In this document: positions 15,861-20,000 of the stretch, in pieces
How the letters are laid out: every line of letters starts with the position of its first letter
How positions within the stretch are numbered: position 1 is the stretch's first letter
Origin: an uncultured virus (IMG/VR IMGVR_UViG_3300027688_000004)
Taxonomy: Duplodnaviria > Heunggongvirae > Uroviricota > Caudoviricetes
Virus record (IMG/VR): IMGVR_UViG_3300027688_000004
Direction: 5' to 3' (one strand)
DNA: 20,000 nt
Translations under genes and position numbers: made by a program
Notes under the pieces: model-generated
What the model saw: the letters and a program-made list of their open reading frames with translations, nothing else
Told to the model about the DNA's origin: nothing
Database searches by the model: none

Positions 15861-18409
15861 CGACGGCAGAACCTACATGCGAATGCTTGCAGCCTGGCTT
15901 CTGCGAGAGACGCGGCTGTACGATACCAGGGATACACTTCCGCAAGTGTCAAGCGGGTCAAGTGGTTGTGCTGGATCAGTTGTACGCCGATCAAAGACCA
16001 CCAGAGAAGTTCACAGGGCCACAAGGGCCAGTGCTGCCGAAAAACATGCCGGAAGGCGTGCATGGCGACTCGAAAACATGCGGCATCTCAGAACCAGTCG
16101 GCACGGCGTTGAAAGTTCGCATCGAAAAGCTCATCACCGTGAAGACAGGTAAAGGTTGCGGCTGCCAGAATCTAGTCGTAGACATGGATCGATGGGGCAT
16201 CGCCGGTTGCGAGCAACGACGCGAAGAAATTATTACGCATCTAGTCAACAATCGTGACGTATTAGTTGAAGCGTTACGAACACACGGCACGCTCGGACAT
16301 GCGGCGGGATGGGTGGCCGGGATGCTGCCTGACATTATGTTGCGGGCTGGTGCTCGGTTGCTGTTGGATCAAGCTATTGCAGATGTGCAAGCGGCGAAGA
16401 CTCAGCGGGTTCATACGAGACGCGCGGGTAGTAATGGCCCGTACACAGGGTGGAAATCGGAGGCTGATGGGCCAATGATTCCACATGGGCCATTTGTTTC
16501 AACAATCAGGCATCTGACCTACTTCGTTTATCCACGAACGGAAGATTCGTGGAAGTGGAATCTTCAGCAGCTTGCATCGCGATGGTGGTTATTTAATGGC
16601 ACGCGGATACTCGGAATCGCACACGATAATGAGTCAGCATCTCCTGACGTAGTGACGGAATATGCGGCGTCACTTGGGATGGTGTTTGATCATGTGCTGA
16701 CAGCACCGAATAACAAGAAACTGCGAGAGGTGGTGCTGTTCGCAGATATGATTCAGTTGCTCCACCCAGAATCAGCCGGTCCAGATGAAGTTGTGTTTTC
16801 AGGTCATGCCAAAGGTCAGAAGTACGACGATCCAGCTTACACAAGAGATTGGGCCGATGTGATGTATCGAGTGAATCTCGACCACTGGGACGCGGTGAAG
16901 TCGGCACTCAGTACGTCGCTCTTTACTGGAGCGTTTCGAGAGTATGGACTATTCCATCGCGGGTTTGATTGGATCTACAGCGGCACCTTTTACTGGTGGC
17001 GATTGGCTGCGATTGGTAAGCGACAGTGGAACGTCGATCAATTTTTTGGCGGCACAGAATCATGGCCGGGGAAGATCTGCGATCCGCGAGAGACGTCATG
17101 TCTCTTTATGAATGATTCAAAGCGGCTCTATGAAAAGAACTACTGGAAGACAGTCGTGTGGCCAGCGTGGTACAAGAGAGAAGCACTGCTGGCACAGTCA
17201 CCAGAACCTGAACCATTCATCAGTGAGCCGGTGATCCATTTCGGGGCACATCTTTACCCCGTAAAAGGTAAATGGCACTGGCACGCAGAGAGATGGAACG
17301 AGATCGCGGCGAACGTCAATGGACTGTGTATCGTCGGAGTGGCGACGAGTGCAACCACAGACACGATTGACGATGTGCGAGCAAAGCTGTCAGACAGGTT
17401 TTTGCTTGTCCAGATGCCCAATAGTGCAGAAGGGGAATCGCCAACATTCCGAATGCTTCAAGAGAGGGTACCGCAGGGCATCGACGACGTTCTGCTGTAC
17501 GCTCACGGAAAGGGTGTCACGTCGAAAAGCGACACCGCTGAAGCTATCCGCATCTGGTCAGAGATCATGTACGAGACAGTGATTCACAACACACCGCGTG
17601 TGATTCAGAAACTGGCAGAAGGGTATAAATCTTTCGGGTCGTTCAGGACGTTCAGGAACGGATGGAATTTCACGACAGATGTTGGACACGGGCACTATGC
17701 CGGGACGTTCTTCGCGGTTCGGGCGAAACATCTGAGTGGGAAGCCAGTGCGATCGGAATACCACGGCGTTGAGTCATGGTGTGGGGATCACATGCCTGCG
17801 AATGAATCGTGGTGCGAGTTCGATGTACCTGTTGAACTGGACTTCGGAATACACGCCTACCATCTGGACGCGATTTATGGCGACGTGGTGAACCAGCAAT
17901 TGGAGTGGGAAGTTCGTCAAGTCGGTGGCCCGAGATGTGAGCAGCACAAACGGGAACTCGACTGGTTCCTTGAGAAGCTGTCGCCAGCATCGCATGTGCT
18001 CGTGATTGGATCGCGAAACGGTGGGCTGGAATACCAGCTACAAAAGTGCGGACACACGACGGTGTCTATCGACATCGCTCCGCAGTCGGACAACACGGTG
18101 GAAAACATGATCGTTGGGAACAGCATGGATCATGGCGTGCAGGCGGAAGCAATTCGACAAGGCCCATACGACGTTGCGTTTATTGATGGTGACCATTCCT
18201 ACAATGGAGTGTCAGAGGATTGGAGTTTTGTGTATCATGTCCTTTACCCACGACTCATCGCGTTTCATGATATCGCTGTGGCGTTCAAGCATCACCGTGA
18301 AGGATGTCACGTCGATCAGTTATGGGCAGAGATCAAAGCCAGTGGAGTGAAGACGGACGAGAAGATCGTAGGCTGTGGGTGGGGTGGGATCGGAGTGGTG
18401 ATGCTATGA
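15857..18409 (+). CDS. Multidomain enzyme: N-terminal Cys-rich domain + two tandem glycosyltransferase-like domains + class I SAM methyltransferase (Methyltransf_24-like)
   Basis: ATGA overlap supports the start at 15857. Repeated motif sets FSGHAKG...WADVMY...YSGTFYWWR...ESWPG and LYAHGKG...WSEIMY...HYAGTFFAVR...ESWCG. C-terminal VLVIGSRNGG...SIDI...YDVAFIDGDHSY...LIAFHDI. The MTase call is firm; the GT call is tentative. Confidence 0.7.
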   Translation: MTTAEPTCECLQPGFCERRGCTIPGIHFRKCQAGQVVVLDQLYADQRPPEKFTGPQGPVLPKNMPEGVHGDSKTCGISEPVGTALKVRIEKLITVKTGKGCGCQNLVVDMDRWGIAGCEQRREEIITHLVNNRDVLVEALRTHGTLGHAAGWVAGMLPDIMLRAGARLLLDQAIADVQAAKTQRVHTRRAGSNGPYTGWKSEADGPMIPHGPFVSTIRHLTYFVYPRTEDSWKWNLQQLASRWWLFNGTRILGIAHDNESASPDVVTEYAASLGMVFDHVLTAPNNKKLREVVLFADMIQLLHPESAGPDEVVFSGHAKGQKYDDPAYTRDWADVMYRVNLDHWDAVKSALSTSLFTGAFREYGLFHRGFDWIYSGTFYWWRLAAIGKRQWNVDQFFGGTESWPGKICDPRETSCLFMNDSKRLYEKNYWKTVVWPAWYKREALLAQSPEPEPFISEPVIHFGAHLYPVKGKWHWHAERWNEIAANVNGLCIVGVATSATTDTIDDVRAKLSDRFLLVQMPNSAEGESPTFRMLQERVPQGIDDVLLYAHGKGVTSKSDTAEAIRIWSEIMYETVIHNTPRVIQKLAEGYKSFGSFRTFRNGWNFTTDVGHGHYAGTFFAVRAKHLSGKPVRSEYHGVESWCGDHMPANESWCEFDVPVELDFGIHAYHLDAIYGDVVNQQLEWEVRQVGGPRCEQHKRELDWFLEKLSPASHVLVIGSRNGGLEYQLQKCGHTTVSIDIAPQSDNTVENMIVGNSMDHGVQAEAIRQGPYDVAFIDGDHSYNGVSEDWSFVYHVLYPRLIAFHDIAVAFKHHREGCHVDQLWAEIKASGVKTDEKIVGCGWGGIGVVML

Positions 18410-18969
18410 GCACTGAGATCATTAAGAACGCGATCCCGTATCAACTCTGCCTCGCTGCTGAAGCTGCATGGCCTGATCAGTTCTGGCCGCACTGGCATCG
18501 GTACAGCGGCAAGACGGCGAACAAGTACGGCAGCATGGACCGGGCACGTATTCCGGCAGCTTGTCTCGCGGCTTTAGATGCGTTGGCGTTGGCTGTAATC
18601 CCGTATATTGGCGAGTCGTTTATCGATTACGATTTACACGCAGCGGGAATGCACATGCTCCCGCCGGGAGGGTTCTTGGCGAGGCATGTTGACGCGGAGA
18701 GTCACCCGATCAGACCCTGGCGTCGAACGCATTCCGTGGTGCTGTTTTTGAATTCTTCGTGGGGCGAATCATGGGGCGGGCAACTGCTGATTGCACCTGA
18801 TATCGAGATCACTGTTGAGGCTGGCAGTGCCGTAATCTTCGACACGCCGAATCAATTACACGAGGTTGCGCAGGTCTACGGCGGGCATCGGAAAACGCTC
18901 GCACTGTTCGCATGGTGCATGGATCTGGAGTGTAGTGGCGGAACATCGGCAGTGTTCAGCGACTCGTAA
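18406..18969 (+). CDS. 2OG-Fe(II) oxygenase (prolyl-hydroxylase-like, 2OG-FeII_Oxy_3 type)
   Basis: ATGA overlap supports the start at 18406. HxD (RHVDA), VVLFLNSSW..SWGGQL, distal His (QLHEV) and 2OG-binding Arg (HRKTL). Confidence 0.88.
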   Translation: MSTEIIKNAIPYQLCLAAEAAWPDQFWPHWHRYSGKTANKYGSMDRARIPAACLAALDALALAVIPYIGESFIDYDLHAAGMHMLPPGGFLARHVDAESHPIRPWRRTHSVVLFLNSSWGESWGGQLLIAPDIEITVEAGSAVIFDTPNQLHEVAQVYGGHRKTLALFAWCMDLECSGGTSAVFSDS

Positions 18970-19029
18970 TCGAGAGCACTGACCGTCATAGATCATAGTT
19001 ACGGCACGCAGGCGTTATGCACCTGCAAA

Positions 19030-19078
19030 AACGCAGTCCTGGGAGGGGTCTGGTCGATCGGCCAGACCCCACTGCGTT
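19030..19078. other. Strong GC-rich stem-loop / near-palindrome in the intergenic region
   Basis: AACGCAGT (19030-37) pairs with ACTGCGTT (19071-78). Inside, GGGGTCTGGTCGATCGGCCAGACCCC (19045-70) is a 26-nt palindrome with one G-T pair. A 7-nt bulge, CCTGGGA, separates the two. Confidence 0.85.
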
Positions 19079-19144
19079 GCCTCTGGACTAACCTAACCCT
19101 ACCGGATAAGCTGTACTGGAACCTAATCCCTTTGGAGAGATCTA

Positions 19145-20000
19145 ATGACACCCCAAGTTAGCGGCAGAGCATTCGGACCACAGCTTCCTTACACGCGGCC
19201 AAGTGTACCACCGCAGCGTCTTCCCTCAATGCCATACCCTGCGAAGCCAAGAAACACGTTTGGTATCAATCCATCACAAGATTCCGGAGTGTGGGGCCAG
19301 GGAATAAACGACTACCTTGATGCTCAAGACGCCGCAATTCGTAATCCTGTTGGCCCCCCTACGCGCGAACCTCGGTTCTTCGAGAATATGCGACAAGCCC
19401 AGCGGTTGGCTAACTCTGCGGGGTACACATACCAGGGCTTAAATCCAATTGAAGGGGGTGAAAGAGACAGTGACTGGGACGCGGCGTCTCGTCGAAAGAA
19501 GGAGGAGAGTAATCGTCTCTTTCGAGAAGCTGGACAGCCTATTCCTTACCCAGAATTGGGGAACTCGGGTCAGCAGGATGGAGCGGTAATACGTGGTCCG
19601 TATCGTAAGGACGAACGACCCGCACAAGTAATACGTGGTCCGTATCGTAAGGACGGACAACCCGCACAAGTAGTTCAGTATGCTGCCGCTCAACAGGGAC
19701 AAGGGGCTCAGCTTCAGAACCCACTCGGTCCGTATAAGGACATCGGGCCACCTCAGCCACAACAGCAAGACTTCTTTCGTATTGGAGCACCTAACTACCA
19801 AGGGGCGATGGAGTCTGTCTCGCCCACCCCCTATTGGCCTTCACAACCACAGAACCCCATGCCGGGGATGCCGCAACAGCAGCAAGCACCCCCCGCTGGC
19901 AGCTTCCCACCAATGCCAGCCAATCTGAGTCCGTACGCACAGAGGCAGTTTGAGAATGCACGCCAAGAAGCCGCGAGAAGAGATCGTGGGCAGTCCCGGC
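19145..20000 (+). CDS. Pro/Gln-rich, low-complexity phage protein, 3'-truncated (possible internal virion/ejection protein); absent from ORF track
   Basis: GGAGA at 19134-38 precedes ATG 19145. My translation, MTPQVSGRAFGPQLPYTRP...FENARQEAARRDRGQSR, is open for 285 codons to the window end. Confidence 0.8.
   Translation, partial: MTPQVSGRAFGPQLPYTRPSVPPQRLPSMPYPAKPRNTFGINPSQDSGVWGQGINDYLDAQDAAIRNPVGPPTREPRFFENMRQAQRLANSAGYTYQGLNPIEGGERDSDWDAASRRKKEESNRLFREAGQPIPYPELGNSGQQDGAVIRGPYRKDERPAQVIRGPYRKDGQPAQVVQYAAAQQGQGAQLQNPLGPYKDIGPPQPQQQDFFRIGAPNYQGAMESVSPTPYWPSQPQNPMPGMPQQQQAPPAGSFPPMPANLSPYAQRQFENARQEAARRDRGQSR
19586..19672 (+). repeat. Tandem 42-nt coding repeat (VIRGPYRKDxxPAQ x2)
   Basis: GTAATACGTGGTCCGTATCGTAAGGACG starts at 19586 and 19628, with 2 mismatches per 42 nt. 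A degenerate third echo (LGPYKD) lies near 19724. Confidence 0.92.

Larger units (their letters stand above)
1..20000 (+). mobile_element. Tailed dsDNA phage (or prophage) packaging/head-tail morphogenesis module
   Basis: Terminase large subunit and portal followed by tail-type genes, all on the + strand. Start/stop overlaps at 1616, 5897, 6559, 9119, 10640, 11401, 13025, 15857 and 18406. No host housekeeping genes. Confidence 0.95.

Noticed and set aside
19030..19090. Intrinsic terminator for the + strand operon
   Set aside because: The strong stem is followed by GCCTCTGG rather than a U-tract, so it was kept only as an unassigned structure.
19088..19100. Telomere-like CTAACC/TAACCC repeats
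   Set aside because: Only about two imperfect units in an internal position; not distinguishable from chance or an operator.
19586..19672. 42-nt repeat as a CRISPR or DGR template/variable repeat pair
   Set aside because: There are only two adjacent in-frame copies, the mismatches go both ways (A>G and G>A) rather than being adenine-specific, and there is no reverse transcriptase in the window.
350..19928. Numerous short alternative-frame and minus-strand ORFs in the track (e.g. 1567-2067, 2735-3310, 6454-7041, 19439-19801, 19680-19928)
   Set aside because: They lie within longer motif-bearing + strand genes and have no recognisable motifs or coupling, as expected at this GC content.
1..20000. 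Stop-codon reassignment, introns/inteins, tRNA genes, integrase or lysis genes
   Set aside because: The standard code gives near-complete coding density. No intein or intron signatures were seen in terL or the portal, no cloverleaf was found in the one intergenic gap, and no such genes were recognised.

Overview
This 20-kb window is one + strand, tightly coupled virion-morphogenesis region of a tailed dsDNA phage (Caudoviricetes). Whether it is a free phage or a prophage cannot be told from the window. Gene order: 3' part of a large polyvalent/ejection-type protein with an HExxH motif; terminase large subunit; small protein; 729-aa P22-like portal; hypothetical protein; head-tail adaptor; probable tail completion protein; probable tail tube; Cys-motif tail chaperone; Pro/Ala-rich nested-repeat protein in the tape-measure position; Dit-like, hub-like and tip-like proteins; a 715-aa protein with about 61 Cys; an 850-aa Cys-rich + double glycosyltransferase-like + methyltransferase fusion; a 2OG-Fe(II) oxygenase; a structured intergenic region; and a Pro/Gln-rich ORF that runs off the end and is missing from the ORF track. 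The most interesting points are (1) a candidate virion-modification cassette (Cys-rich tail-tip proteins coupled to GT-GT-MTase and a hydroxylase) and (2) a hybrid architecture with a podovirus-like portal, adaptor and polyvalent protein plus long-tail-like genes, but no recognisable capsid, small terminase or classical tape measure. The gene style resembles phages I associate with Planctomycetota (recollection, unverified). All functional calls come from motifs and synteny read by eye; no database searches were run.
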